Assembly: GCA_028293375.1 (NCBI GenBank)
Contig: JAQGOY010000244.1
Location: 3,927 to 67,926 of the forward strand
Direction of reading: 5' to 3'
Origin: Verrucomicrobiales bacterium
Lineage (GTDB): Bacteria; Verrucomicrobiota; Verrucomicrobiia; Limisphaerales; JAQGOY01
DNA: 64,000 nt
The translations under genes and the position numbers were made by a program. Of this stretch, positions 48,958 to 59,463 are shown one piece after another. The notes below the pieces were generated by a model that saw only the letters and a list, made by a program, of their open reading frames with translations, was not told where the DNA came from and did not search any database. The number at the start of each line of letters is the position of its first letter. Positions within the stretch are counted from its first letter, which is position 1.

Positions 48958-49455
48958 ATGGATCGATTAACCAAAACATCACCCCCGAAAACAGTAAAAC
49001 CAAAACTGACCCACCTGGATGCCAGAGGCGAAGCCAGCATGGTGGATGTCAGTCATAAACCAGCCATGGATCGGGTTGCCGTCGCTGAGGGTGCCATCTA
49101 TCTCCAGGCCGCCACTCTTAAGTTAATTTCTGCCAATAAAATCGCCAAAGGAAACGTCCTGGCCACCGCCAGACTCGCCGGCATCATGGCCGCCAAAAAA
49201 ACCGGGGATCTCATTCCCCTTTGTCACCCATTGCCCATCACCCATTGTGAAGTGCTATTTGAAATCCCATCGCAAAATGATCGCATCGTCATTCGGGCTT
49301 CCTCCCGCATCATAGCCCCCACCGGCGTGGAAATGGAAGCGCTCACCGCTGTCAGCGTCGCAGCCCTGACGATTTACGACATGTGCAAGGCCGTCGACAA
49401 GCAAATGAAAATCAGCGACATCCGGCTTGTTTCGAAAACTAAAAAAGAAGTTTAA
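48958..49455 (+). CDS. moaC: Cyclic pyranopterin monophosphate synthase accessory protein MoaC
   Basis: LTHLDARGEASMVDVSHKP, IPLCHPLP and GVEMEALTAVSVAALTIYDMCKA. Confidence 0.9.
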   Translation: MDRLTKTSPPKTVKPKLTHLDARGEASMVDVSHKPAMDRVAVAEGAIYLQAATLKLISANKIAKGNVLATARLAGIMAAKKTGDLIPLCHPLPITHCEVLFEIPSQNDRIVIRASSRIIAPTGVEMEALTAVSVAALTIYDMCKAVDKQMKISDIRLVSKTKKEV

Positions 49456-49456
49456 T

Positions 49457-49939
49457 ATGGCAATACAAACAGGAGTTATCACCATTTCTGACCGCGCCTC
49501 CAAAGGATTGTACGATGACCTCGGCGGCCCCGCTCTCAAGGAAGCCGCCACCGGTTATGGCTGGTCCGTCATCGCTGAGAAGCTCGTACCTGACGAAAAA
49601 TCCGAAATTCAGCGTGGAATCCAGGAACTGATCAACAAAGGATGCGCCCTCATTTTAACCACCGGCGGCACCGGCGTGGCTCTTCGCGACGTCACCCCTG
49701 AGGCCGTTCGCGAAATCGCCGTTCGCGAGTTGCCAGGTTTCGGTGAAATCATGCGAATCGAATCCATGAAAATAACCAAAAACGCCATTCTCTCACGCAA
49801 CCTCGCCGCCGTGGTCCAGCGCAGCCTGGTCATTTGTCTTCCGGGCAAACCCAGTGGCGCCGTGGAATGTTTGAGTTTTGTTGTCGGCGCCATTCCCCAC
49901 TGCGTCGAAGTGCTCAGTGAGGTTCCCACCAGCTGTTAG
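49457..49939 (+). CDS. mog: Molybdopterin adenylyltransferase (MogA/MoaB family)
   Basis: Start set at the ATG at 49457 (MAIQTGVITISDRASKGLYDDLGG...LILTTGGTGVALRDVTPEA), 1 nt after the moaC stop. Confidence 0.85.
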   Translation: MAIQTGVITISDRASKGLYDDLGGPALKEAATGYGWSVIAEKLVPDEKSEIQRGIQELINKGCALILTTGGTGVALRDVTPEAVREIAVRELPGFGEIMRIESMKITKNAILSRNLAAVVQRSLVICLPGKPSGAVECLSFVVGAIPHCVEVLSEVPTSC

Positions 49940-49949
49940 TAATAATTCT

Positions 49950-52900
49950 CTATTTAAGCGTATTCAGGTAGGCGAACAAATCCGAGACATCACGTTCCGG
50001 AAGCGAATCAATCAGGCCTTCCGGCATGAGGCTCGTTTTGGTGTAATCTGCACGGATGATTTTATCCTGCGCTATCCGCTGGTCAGCGCGGTTCGGCTGT
50101 CTCAACACCACCGCATCTTTGTCCTGCGAAACAAGAAACCCATCCAGCACGTCTCCTTCTCTTGTCTCAATTCGAAAGGTGCGGTAACCCGCTTCCATGG
50201 CCGCATTGGGGGTAATGATCGCGCGCAATAATGCTTCGAGTCCCATCGCCCCTGCTCCATTCAGCACCGGGCCAATCTGCGCTCCCACCCCGCCCACGCT
50301 GTGACAAATCATGCAGGTGGTGGTAAAGAGAGCCTTCCCTCGCCCACTCTCGCCGGGTTTCGATGCCAGCGCTCTAGCTCGCGCGAATTTCTCCTCTTGG
50401 ACCGATGCTTCCTTCGTCGTAAGCAGCAGCGGCGAATCGTCTGTCTTCACAATTTTTGCCGATCCATGAAGTTTTTCCCAACTGGAACCCGTATAAAAAT
50501 TCTGCAGGTTTGCAGGTTTTGCCTCTCCCTCGAAAGTTCGATCAAACCAGGTCCGGATTTCGTCCGGGGTTCTTTCACGATTCCACACACGGAATTCAGC
50601 GAAGTCTCCTTCTGTCCCTTTGTTCGGGGCCGTCCAGCCGATCTTCAAATGTTCAAACTTGTTCAACACTGCAATGCGGCTTTCTGAATCGAGTTCTCCG
50701 TTGATGTAGATTTTCAGTTTTCCCTGGTCATTTCTGCTTACCGCCAAATGGGTCCACAGTTCAGGGTTCATTTTCTTTTTCGCCACCACCACATCATTCA
50801 TTCCGGCCACCCAAACTCGAAAGGTGGACCCATAGAAATTCATATCTACCGAATTTGGGGCTCCCAATATTCCATCGTTATTGTCGATACCCGGGCTCAG
50901 TTTAATCCAGGTTTCCACCGTAAAAGTCGGCGCCAGCGAAATGTCGCTGTCCACCCAGGCGTCGTCCTTTCCGTCAAGGTGAAGCACAGGTTTGAACAGC
51001 GCAGACATCTGCTCAACAAGGGCCAGAGCCTCCGCGTTCCCCGGCAAAACAGCCAGCAGGCGCTGCATCGAATTGCGATCAAGATCTCCTTTCACAAAAT
51101 TTCCTGATTTTACCGCACTCACCAATTGCGTCGCCCCGGCTTTGCTGCTCAGGATTCCAGACATCGCTGTACGGCGTTGCGAGGCATTCAGGCTGTTCCA
51201 CGATTGGATAAGTAGCGCCGACGCTTGCTCATTCTTTGCTGCGGCAAGTGCGTTCACCGCTTCCGATCGCAAACGCGCATCCTGGCCCGCTTTCAGGTAC
51301 TGGCCTAAAACATCCGCGTGACTCGTCCCCATTTCTCCCAATGCCCGAATCTCCTCCACTTGTTGCTCAACGGGCGAGGATCCTGCGCGCAACGAATTCA
51401 GCAAATCATCTTCGAATTGGGTCAACTTGAACGCTGAAACAATTTTAAGCGCCATTGGCTTTTGGTTGCTCCCCCATAAACGACGTGCTGCCTCCGTGAA
51501 TGATCCCTCCCACGCTGTTGGACTAAACCGACTCTTCACCTTCAGAATATTCTCCACCACCACCCCTGCGTTTTGTTTGTCCTGCAGTAGGTTTTCCACC
51601 GCCATCTTCACATTCTGTTCAAGGGGTGAACCAAGCAGTCTTAAAAGTTCTTCCGCATTTGGGACTCTGGATAGTGATGGCAGGAGTTCCGCGACCTGTA
51701 ATGCCGATTCTTTGCTTTCCAGGGCCAGCGCCGCCACCATTCTATTTTCCACAGGGACCAGTTTGCCCTCAGGCGAGTTCAGGAATGTCGAGGTTTGAAC
51801 AGGGTGTTGCTCCAGGAATAATCGCACCAGGTAGCGTTCAAATTCTCGTTCGTAGGCCAATCCCACTTTAATAGGCTTCCCGCTCTGAGTGGACTTTCCC
51901 ATCGGCCCATCCAGTGCAGGCTGGGCGTATTGGACCGCCAGCGCCACCGCGCTCGGATCACTCTCCATCCATCCACCAAGTGTGCGAATGATCTCAGACC
52001 GAACTTGCGGATCCGGGTCACCAAATAAAGGACCGAACGCTTTCACGGCCGCGGGGACATTCACTTTCGCTTCTGAAAATGCGCGAACCGCTTCCCGCCG
52101 AATGTGCCGGTCCGGGTCGTTCAGCATCGCCGTGAGCAGCGGCTGATCCACTGCGTGCAGACCTTCCAATGCCCAAAGGGCAGGAATTCTCTGTGATGAT
52201 ACAGCTTTCCCATCCTGCACTATCGCTTTCAATTGCGGCGCCAGTTGGCTTCGTTTGGTATCCGTGATGGTTTGCCACGCCAGGTGGCTCTGGGCAATGG
52301 AATCGTGCCCGAGTTTTCTAATGAGCGCGGAATCGGACAGTGCCGTGAAGTCTGGCACTTCAAACCGCTTTTGCGATTGATGAAACACCCGCCAGATTCG
52401 ACCGCTTTTTTTGTCGCGGTCCGGATGATTGCGAGGAACTTCGTTGTGGGAAATTATTTTGTTATACCAGTCCACAATGTAAAGACAACCGTCCGGTCCA
52501 AAATGAACGGAAACCGGTCGGAACATTTCGTCGCTCGAATTAATGAAGTCTGGAAGCTTATGCAAACGGGATCGCGGTCCTTCCCGGATCAACTCAATCG
52601 CCTGGATTTTTCGCGTGATCGGATTGGCGATATAAAAGACATCGGCGTAAGGCACGGGCCACGCATTTTGGGGATCCGACAATGCCAAACCGCTCAATCC
52701 AGTGCCTCCCATTTGGAAATCTGGCGCCGTCCCGGGAAATTCCGGCGCGTAGCTTTTAAATTGCGCGTCAGAGCAGCCCGGATAGTTGGCGTACGCATGA
52801 AACGGCATCATCGGATACCCATAATCATTGGCTTCCTGGATGAACGACTCCCCTTCCCGGGTCAAAACCAATCCCCAAATATTACAAGGACCCTGCGAGG

Positions 52901-54197
52901 TGATGTCGAAGTCGGAACCATCCGCTCGAAAACGCGCCATCCGCGTCTGATCGAATTTTTGCTCAACCCCCTTACTCGTGCGAATCTTGCCATAATTAAA
53001 TGCTCCTTGAGCCATCCACAGCCAGTTGCCAGGGCCTCGCGTAAATTGATGCGGAAAAAGATGCGAGTCCTGCACTCCAAATCCGGTCAAAATGTCCTCT
53101 GCCTTGTCCGCCTTGCCATCCCCGTTGGTGTCGGAAAGAAATTCGATTTTTGGTCCATGCTGCACATAGACGCCATTTTGATACGGCAACATTCCCAGTG
53201 GAATTGCCAGTCCTTCCGCAAACACTCTCGGTGCCGAAGGTTTCTTTTGAAACGGCTGATCCCAAACCACGATTTTATCGCGCGCCCGACTCGCATACAG
53301 CGCCTTGGCTACCTCCGGACTTTCATTCGCATCCACTGGATATTCCAGCGCCGTCATACTCCACATCCGCCCTTTTTGGTCCCAGTCCACCGTCACGAAT
53401 TTTCCTATTCCTTCAGATTCGCTGGCCACCAACTCCATTTCAAAACCCGGCGGCAATGTGAACGTTTTCAGTGCCTGCTCGGGCGTTAATGGCCCAGACG
53501 AAACCGGCTTTATTTCTGCCGCTCCCTTAAAACGCGGCACCACGGGAAGTTCTTCAATCGTGATTTCCTTGACCTGTGCCACCGTCTTTCCGCCCGCATG
53601 GACTTGAATTCCCAATTTTCCGAAATCGGGAATGGATGCGTCCTGTTCCACATAATCCGTTCCCTGCACCCCATTAATCCACGTCGTGATCCGTGGACCC
53701 TCGGCCCGAATCACGTACTCATTCCAATCGTTTCGCTTCAGCACCGGTCCTATCGCTCCCATGTCCGATGGCGACAACACTTTGTTCCGACGCGACTCGT
53801 CATAAATGGCTCCCCACCAATCCGGATCTCCGTAATCGCACTGGTACCCGGACATCTCTGAAGAATTCTTCACCCGCTGGCTGCGCATTTGAAAGCCGCT
53901 ATTGATGAATCCTTCTTTTCCCGTGAGACGAATTTTCATTCGCACCACAAAATTCGTAAAATCATGCGTGGTCGCAAGAAACTCATTTTGGGTCACCATC
54001 GTTTCATAAGAACCGCCGGTAAGCGCTCCATCCTGGACCTTCCACAGCGAGGCATTCCCTTCCCACCCATTCAGTGTGGCACCATCAAAAAGCGGCCGCG
54101 TGGGATACACCGGTGTCGGAGGAGGAGCCGCCGAAATGCTCATCACCGAGCAGGAGAACATCAACACGAACGCTTTAGAAAATCGGCTCATAAACAA
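49950..54197 (-). CDS. Giant secreted multidomain protein: DUF1080 + dehydrogenase-like propeller + HEAT repeats + LamG + C-terminal cytochrome c
   Basis: 1415 aa with a signal peptide. DUF1080 (LFDGATLNGWEG...WKVQDGALTG...GIQVHAGG), propeller (DTNGDGKADKAEDI...), HEAT-like (DPDRHIRREAVRA, DPDPQVRSEIIRTLG), LamG (FTVETWIKL...LKIYINGEL) and heme motif CMICHSVGG. Confidence 0.85.
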   Translation of the reverse strand: MFMSRFSKAFVLMFSCSVMSISAAPPPTPVYPTRPLFDGATLNGWEGNASLWKVQDGALTGGSYETMVTQNEFLATTHDFTNFVVRMKIRLTGKEGFINSGFQMRSQRVKNSSEMSGYQCDYGDPDWWGAIYDESRRNKVLSPSDMGAIGPVLKRNDWNEYVIRAEGPRITTWINGVQGTDYVEQDASIPDFGKLGIQVHAGGKTVAQVKEITIEELPVVPRFKGAAEIKPVSSGPLTPEQALKTFTLPPGFEMELVASESEGIGKFVTVDWDQKGRMWSMTALEYPVDANESPEVAKALYASRARDKIVVWDQPFQKKPSAPRVFAEGLAIPLGMLPYQNGVYVQHGPKIEFLSDTNGDGKADKAEDILTGFGVQDSHLFPHQFTRGPGNWLWMAQGAFNYGKIRTSKGVEQKFDQTRMARFRADGSDFDITSQGPCNIWGLVLTREGESFIQEANDYGYPMMPFHAYANYPGCSDAQFKSYAPEFPGTAPDFQMGGTGLSGLALSDPQNAWPVPYADVFYIANPITRKIQAIELIREGPRSRLHKLPDFINSSDEMFRPVSVHFGPDGCLYIVDWYNKIISHNEVPRNHPDRDKKSGRIWRVFHQSQKRFEVPDFTALSDSALIRKLGHDSIAQSHLAWQTITDTKRSQLAPQLKAIVQDGKAVSSQRIPALWALEGLHAVDQPLLTAMLNDPDRHIRREAVRAFSEAKVNVPAAVKAFGPLFGDPDPQVRSEIIRTLGGWMESDPSAVALAVQYAQPALDGPMGKSTQSGKPIKVGLAYEREFERYLVRLFLEQHPVQTSTFLNSPEGKLVPVENRMVAALALESKESALQVAELLPSLSRVPNAEELLRLLGSPLEQNVKMAVENLLQDKQNAGVVVENILKVKSRFSPTAWEGSFTEAARRLWGSNQKPMALKIVSAFKLTQFEDDLLNSLRAGSSPVEQQVEEIRALGEMGTSHADVLGQYLKAGQDARLRSEAVNALAAAKNEQASALLIQSWNSLNASQRRTAMSGILSSKAGATQLVSAVKSGNFVKGDLDRNSMQRLLAVLPGNAEALALVEQMSALFKPVLHLDGKDDAWVDSDISLAPTFTVETWIKLSPGIDNNDGILGAPNSVDMNFYGSTFRVWVAGMNDVVVAKKKMNPELWTHLAVSRNDQGKLKIYINGELDSESRIAVLNKFEHLKIGWTAPNKGTEGDFAEFRVWNRERTPDEIRTWFDRTFEGEAKPANLQNFYTGSSWEKLHGSAKIVKTDDSPLLLTTKEASVQEEKFARARALASKPGESGRGKALFTTTCMICHSVGGVGAQIGPVLNGAGAMGLEALLRAIITPNAAMEAGYRTFRIETREGDVLDGFLVSQDKDAVVLRQPNRADQRIAQDKIIRADYTKTSLMPEGLIDSLPERDVSDLFAYLNTLK

Positions 54198-54438
54198 AAA
54201 ATAACCGCAGGGTGTAAAAAGATGATGGCAAAGGGAATCAAACGCTTCAACCCTGCAAACAAACCCTCCAAAAACAAACCTCGCGAACAGTAGATCCCAA
54301 ATCTAGATCAAAAAAATGAATGAAAACCACGCGGCCGAGGCGCAACGAAGGAGCATGGCCACCGGCCCTGTGAGGATTCGTAATTGACGGCTTAATCCGG
54401 CCCTCTCCCTTCGTTCAAATTTCCATCTTCCCCTCCCA

Positions 54439-54545
54439 AAACCTTGCAAGTTTGAATGAAGGACGAGGCTTTGCGGAGTCGGCTATACCCTCACGGGTCT
54501 GCCGACGAACGCGAAACGAAGTCCTTCGTCAAAATCGCAAGGTTT
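54439..54545 (-). other. Long imperfect hairpin just downstream of the efflux operon (possible terminator/structured element)
   Basis: Outer arms AAACCTTGC (54439-54447) / GCAAGGTTT (54537-54545). Inner arms TTTGAATGAAGGAC / GTCCTTCGTCAAAA. On the minus strand the stem is followed by TTTT. Confidence 0.4.
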
Positions 54546-54550
54546 CTCTC

Positions 54551-55762
54551 TCATTCATTTTTTACGTGTAAGGGAGTGACTCTTTGGGCGTCATGTACCC
54601 TATCCCCCGGATACACAATCAACTGATCCCCAGGCTTAACTCCTTCCAAAATTTCCGTTTCATTCCCGGAACTATGTCCCGTCTTTAGTTTTTGCAAATG
54701 CGCGCGGCCATCTGTCACCGTGTAAGCCGCCCACTGATCACCCATTCGAAACAATGTGCCTGATGGCACTTTGATGGCGTTTGACGATTCCCACGCAATG
54801 ATATGCGCTTCCACCCGAAAGGCATCTCCCAGTCCTGGTCGCTCGGATGCGGGCGTAACAATATCCGCCACTACGTTCACACGTTGTTCCTCCACGCCCA
54901 GCGCTGAAACCTTGGTAAACGCCGCAGGTTCAATAAGTCGAACCTTCGCCTTCAGCGGAGCTTCTCCTCCCCATTGTTCCAACTCCACCAGCGTTCCCAC
55001 CGCGATGGTGGCTGCATCACGCGACAACGTCTCAATGACCACTTCCAACTCCTTGGGATCTCCAATCTCCACCAGTGGCGTGCCCACCGATACCACACGT
55101 GAACTTTCCTCAAATACACGAAGCAGCCGACCCGACGCGGGCGCTTTCACTTCCACCGGCTTTTCAGTCGGCGTGGTTGAACGTCCTGAAAAATCGACCA
55201 ACTCCGCTTCCGCCGTTCGCAGCGCGCTTTCTGCCGCCGACAATTCCTTGGCCGCCGATGTTTCCCGAAACTGCGAGTTTTCCAGTTCCTGCGCAGAAAT
55301 CGTTTTGTCTTTCGCCAGCTGTTCGTTTCGAACCAGATCCCGCTTCGCAAACTCATGGGCTGCCTTGGACCTTTCCAGGTTGGCGCTCGCTGTATCCCGG
55401 CGTGTTTCAGCCAGGGTCCGTGTGCGAAAATCCAGCAGCATCGGCGGCGCAGGGTCAATCACCGCAATCACAGTTTCACCCGCCTTCACCTCAGCGCCCG
55501 TTTTGAAAGGTATGCGACGCAATTGCCCAGTGATCGGCGATGAAACTATAAATCGCTGGCGAATTCGCGTCTTACCTTCCTCGTTGATTGTGCTTCGCAA
55601 CTGCCCCTGCATTGCCGGAACCGTTTCTATCGGCGCCGCTTTTGGCCATAACCCTGCCACAATCAACAGCAAGAGGAGGAGCAGCCCTAGCCATGGCAGC
55701 CATTTTTTGCGCGGGGCTTTTTTGCGTGTCGAGACTGCATTGGGTTTGGTTGGAGTTTCCAT
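54551..55762 (-). CDS. Efflux periplasmic adaptor (HlyD/MacA-like membrane fusion protein)
   Basis: N-terminal TM, a coiled-coil hairpin region (ANLERSKAAHEFAKRDL...AESALRTAEAEL) and beta-barrel domains. Adjacent to MacB-type genes. Confidence 0.85.
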   Translation of the reverse strand: METPTKPNAVSTRKKAPRKKWLPWLGLLLLLLLIVAGLWPKAAPIETVPAMQGQLRSTINEEGKTRIRQRFIVSSPITGQLRRIPFKTGAEVKAGETVIAVIDPAPPMLLDFRTRTLAETRRDTASANLERSKAAHEFAKRDLVRNEQLAKDKTISAQELENSQFRETSAAKELSAAESALRTAEAELVDFSGRSTTPTEKPVEVKAPASGRLLRVFEESSRVVSVGTPLVEIGDPKELEVVIETLSRDAATIAVGTLVELEQWGGEAPLKAKVRLIEPAAFTKVSALGVEEQRVNVVADIVTPASERPGLGDAFRVEAHIIAWESSNAIKVPSGTLFRMGDQWAAYTVTDGRAHLQKLKTGHSSGNETEILEGVKPGDQLIVYPGDRVHDAQRVTPLHVKNE

Positions 55763-55766
55763 GTTT

Positions 55767-58139
55767 TTATTCTGGCGCTTTCAGCGCGCTGACCAGGTCT
55801 ATATTTTTGAGACTGCGCAATACATTCGCCGCCGAAAGGACGGAGGCGATCGTCACCGTCAACGTCGCGATGGCGTAATTCGATGAGGTCAATACCAGCG
55901 GCAGCCGCACCGTTTCCGTATTCACCATTTTTATAATGGCCGTGGCAAATCCGGTCCCCATCAAAAGGCCCAGGGGAAGTGCCATTCCCGCCAAAATCAC
56001 CAACTCGGTGACCAGCACCGCTCCCACTTCTCTTTGTGAAAATCCAACAACTCTTAAAGTGGCCAGTTCCCTCGATCGTTCGGCCAGCGAAATGCGCGCA
56101 TTATTGTAGACCACGCCAAACGCCACAATGCTGGCAAAGATCATGTAAATGCTTTGCAACAGGTTGATGCTCGCCGCAGTTGTTTTCCGAAAGTTGTCTC
56201 GCAACGTCTCCTTGATCGCCACCCAACTGATCGTCGGTATATCTTTCAACGCCCGTAAAAATTGCGATCGATGCGCCGTGTCGATGGTGAAGCTGGCGCC
56301 GTTGATGATATCGCCTTCCTCCAGAAACCGATTCAACCCCTGCATGTCCATGTAAGCTCCAATTCCAGCCAGGTCCTCCGCCAGCGCGATCAACCGCACC
56401 GTCCGCGTCATTCGTTTTCCCTGCAGCACTTCCACAATCACCTCGTCGCCCACTTTGGCTCCCAGGATTTCCGCAAGTTTATCCGATACCACCAACCCTT
56501 CCGGCGGCAGCACAATCTCGTGCAACGATCCATCCACTACCCGTGTGTGAATGCGGTTTCGGGGAAGTCCACGAATGCCCAGTTGTCGGCTTCGGTTGCC
56601 GAATCGGATTCGCACCGCTGCCGTGCGAAAGGGTTCCACCTGTACCACCCCGGGAAGGTGTTTCAGGTTGTCATGCACTTTGATGCTCGCCGGCTCCATC
56701 ATTCCGACCGTCATGTCATCGCGGTTCACAATATCCCACTGCACCCCAAGGATCTGTTTCACACTGTCCCGAAAGGTGCTCGGAATAATCAGGATGGCCG
56801 TTGCCAGCGCCAGCCCAGCCACAGTGAATACCGCCTGCATTGGCCTTCGTTCCAGGTTCCGCACCGCTATCCGAAAGGAATGGGAAAATAAATGAGCTAT
56901 TCCTGAGCGCTCGATCAATGCCGGTTTGTAATTCGCTGGCGGCTCAGGCCGCATCGCTTCCGCAGGTGGCAAGGCCGCCGCTCGGCGCACCGAACTAAAC
57001 ACCCCGATCATTGCCGCTCCCGTGCTTACCAGCAGCGCCCACAATAACGCCGACTTATCAAATCGGAAATGAAGCTCCGGGAATCGAAAAAACATCTCGT
57101 ACATCCTCACCAGTCGATTTCCCAGAAGTGCGCCCCCAACTGTTCCCACACTCACTCCCGCTATCACCATCGCAAAGGCAAATTTCAAAAAATGAAGGAC
57201 TATCTCGCGGTTACTGAAACCAAACGCTTTTAAAATGGCGATCTGTTCCCGTTGCAACGTCAATAGGCGGGAAAGCACCGCGTTGGTCATGAAGGCCGCC
57301 ACGCTCAAAAAAACCAGCGGAAATCCGATCGAAAGGGTTTGAAGCACCCGAATTTCATCGGATACACGAATGTGCGATGGATGATCGCCCCGCCCAAACG
57401 CTCCCAGTCCTCCATATTGTTGCAGTACCTGATCAATCTCGCTAATCACCGCTTTCTCTTTGCCCTCTGGTGCCAGCATCGCCGTCAGGTAGTTGAAGCC
57501 TCCATAAAGATCAAATGCCTTTGCCACCTCCTCGTACGGCATCCAGAATATCCCATAACTTTTGTTATCAGGCAGCGCCGCTCCAGGTCGGGATTCGAAA
57601 ATATATTCAGGCGATAAAACTATTCCCGCGATATTGAAGCTCTGTCGCCGCCCGTTGAGCAGCATAGCCAGGGAATCTCCCGGCCGCAGGCTGTTCGCTT
57701 TGGCAAACGCTTCCCCCACTAAAACTTCTCCGCGACTGCCCTGTTCCAGCCAACGGCCCTCCCGCAGAAAAAGTCGATTCAGCTCCTGCTCTCCCCGGTC
57801 GGGTAGCGATAGCACCATTCCGCTCGCCGGCTCATCGAGTCCCGGCATATCCAGCGTGACCTGTACTTTGATCGATGTTTGGACACCCGCAATTCCAGGG
57901 ATCTTCGCCACCCGTTCTCGGACATCATTCGGTGCTCGCTTCAGGTGCGCAAAAATGTGTGCGAATCGATTCTCCTGGTAATATTCAGCCCGCGTTCTTT
58001 CCAGCGAAAAGATCAGGCTGCGTGACATCGTGAGCATCGCCAGTCCGCACGCCATCACCAGCGAAACGGCGATTGCCTGGCCCTTCATGCGGCTCAGGTC
58101 CCGGACCACTTTACGATCAAGGTAAGAGAGCATCACCAC
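55767..58139 (-). CDS. FtsX-family ABC transporter permease, duplicated (MacB-like) architecture
   Basis: 790 aa made of two units, each TM + large periplasmic domain + FtsX 3-TM bundle ([22 protein letters not shown]). Confidence 0.85.
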   Translation of the reverse strand: MVMLSYLDRKVVRDLSRMKGQAIAVSLVMACGLAMLTMSRSLIFSLERTRAEYYQENRFAHIFAHLKRAPNDVRERVAKIPGIAGVQTSIKVQVTLDMPGLDEPASGMVLSLPDRGEQELNRLFLREGRWLEQGSRGEVLVGEAFAKANSLRPGDSLAMLLNGRRQSFNIAGIVLSPEYIFESRPGAALPDNKSYGIFWMPYEEVAKAFDLYGGFNYLTAMLAPEGKEKAVISEIDQVLQQYGGLGAFGRGDHPSHIRVSDEIRVLQTLSIGFPLVFLSVAAFMTNAVLSRLLTLQREQIAILKAFGFSNREIVLHFLKFAFAMVIAGVSVGTVGGALLGNRLVRMYEMFFRFPELHFRFDKSALLWALLVSTGAAMIGVFSSVRRAAALPPAEAMRPEPPANYKPALIERSGIAHLFSHSFRIAVRNLERRPMQAVFTVAGLALATAILIIPSTFRDSVKQILGVQWDIVNRDDMTVGMMEPASIKVHDNLKHLPGVVQVEPFRTAAVRIRFGNRSRQLGIRGLPRNRIHTRVVDGSLHEIVLPPEGLVVSDKLAEILGAKVGDEVIVEVLQGKRMTRTVRLIALAEDLAGIGAYMDMQGLNRFLEEGDIINGASFTIDTAHRSQFLRALKDIPTISWVAIKETLRDNFRKTTAASINLLQSIYMIFASIVAFGVVYNNARISLAERSRELATLRVVGFSQREVGAVLVTELVILAGMALPLGLLMGTGFATAIIKMVNTETVRLPLVLTSSNYAIATLTVTIASVLSAANVLRSLKNIDLVSALKAPE

Positions 58140-58882
58140 TTTAAGCTGCTTGCCGGGGCACGGTGATCATTCTTCTCGATGCTTTGCACCCGCCCATCCG
58201 AAAAACGAATCACCCGGTCGGCCATGTCTGCCATTGTGGCGTTGTGCGTGATGATCACACTCAATGTTCCCATCTCTCTGTTCACCTTCTCCAGCGCTTC
58301 CAGCACCACGATACCCGTGCGCAGATCCAGCGCCCCCGTTGGTTCATCGCAAAGCAAAACCTTGGGCCGCTTGGCGATGGCCCGCGCGATCGCCACCCGT
58401 TGCTGTTCCCCGCCAGAAAGTTGTGCCGGAAAATGATCCAGCCTCGCTCCCAGGTTCACCATTTCCAGTGCCTCCACCGGATTCATCGGGTCATCCGCGA
58501 TTTCCGTGATCAGCGCCACATTCTCTCGCGCCGTCAGGCTTGGGATGAGGTTATAAAATTGAAAAATGAACCCGACCGCCTCGCGCCGATAACGTGTCAG
58601 TGCGGCTTCGGTAGCGCTGGTCAAGTCCATGTCCCTGTACTGCAATTCCCCGCTGGTCGGCCAATCAAGTCCTCCAAGCTGATTCAACAAAGTGGTTTTG
58701 CCGCTTCCCGAAGGACCGAGCAAAACGATCAGTTCACCCTGGAATAAATCTAAATCCACACCATCCAGCGCACGCACCACTGTGTCCCCAACCCCATAAA
58801 GTTTAGTGAGCGCGCGCACATGGAAAATGCGTTCGCCCTGGCGAGCCGACTCTTCTATTGGCGATGATGAAGTTAAAGTCAT
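58133..58882 (-). CDS. ABC transporter ATP-binding protein (MacB/LolD-like)
   Basis: Walker [10 protein letters not shown], signature [15 protein letters not shown] and Walker [12 protein letters not shown]. Start set at the ATG at 58882. Confidence 0.9.
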   Translation of the reverse strand: MTLTSSSPIEESARQGERIFHVRALTKLYGVGDTVVRALDGVDLDLFQGELIVLLGPSGSGKTTLLNQLGGLDWPTSGELQYRDMDLTSATEAALTRYRREAVGFIFQFYNLIPSLTARENVALITEIADDPMNPVEALEMVNLGARLDHFPAQLSGGEQQRVAIARAIAKRPKVLLCDEPTGALDLRTGIVVLEALEKVNREMGTLSVIITHNATMADMADRVIRFSDGRVQSIEKNDHRAPASSLKW

Positions 58883-59060
58883 GAACAAGCAGAAAAACAA
58901 ACCGTGAGACCAACGAATTCATCCGAGAATTCGTAACCCATTAACTAAAGCAAATATCCAAACGAGGCAAACATCATCCAAAGCCAGGCGCAAAACGCTC
59001 TCAAGTTTACCCCGTGTAAAAAGCCGCCCCTCACCTGTCGGTGTCTCTCGAGTTTTCCCA

Positions 59061-59097
59061 CTCTGTGAACTCCCTTTCCTCCCTGTAAAAATTCCCC
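59061..59097 (+). repeat. Copy 1 of a perfect 37-bp direct repeat CTCTGTGAACTCCCTTTCCTCCCTGTAAAAATTCCCC
   Basis: Identical 37-mer recurs at 59409-59445. Flanking bases differ on both sides. Confidence 0.95.
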
Positions 59098-59259
59098 ATC
59101 TTTCTGAAAAAAAGCACAACTGAAAAAGGATTATGCAGACGAAGAACGAGGCCTATCAACCAAAACGAAAAAAATGTTTATTTTCCGAACACTGACATCC
59201 AGCGATTGAGACAACCTTCGATATAAAATAAAATCTCTAGCTTCGGATGATGGCGAGGC

Positions 59260-59305
59260 TTCGGGACTGGCGGGTATGGCATGCCGCCCTCCCGCCAGTT
59301 CCGAA
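59260..59305. other. 15-bp-stem hairpin between the 37-bp repeats
   Basis: TTCGGGACTGGCGGG-(16 nt loop containing GGCATGCC)-CCCGCCAGTTCCGAA, with one G:T position. Flanking sequence extends the pairing imperfectly (about 59241-59325). Confidence 0.7.
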
Positions 59306-59408
59306 ACGAAGCCAGCGCCGAAGATCGAGATTTTGAGCACACACCGCGAATGAAACGCCGAGGGTTGCAATCCCAAGAAACTTACGAATGATCTCACCCC
59401 CTTCCCCC

Positions 59409-59445
59409 CTCTGTGAACTCCCTTTCCTCCCTGTAAAAATTCCCC
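59409..59445 (+). repeat. Copy 2 of the perfect 37-bp direct repeat
   Basis: Identical to 59061-59097. Begins 348 bp downstream of copy 1 and lies 19 nt from the stop of the hydroxylase gene. Confidence 0.95.
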
Positions 59446-59463
59446 GTTCCTTCTCTCTTCCAC

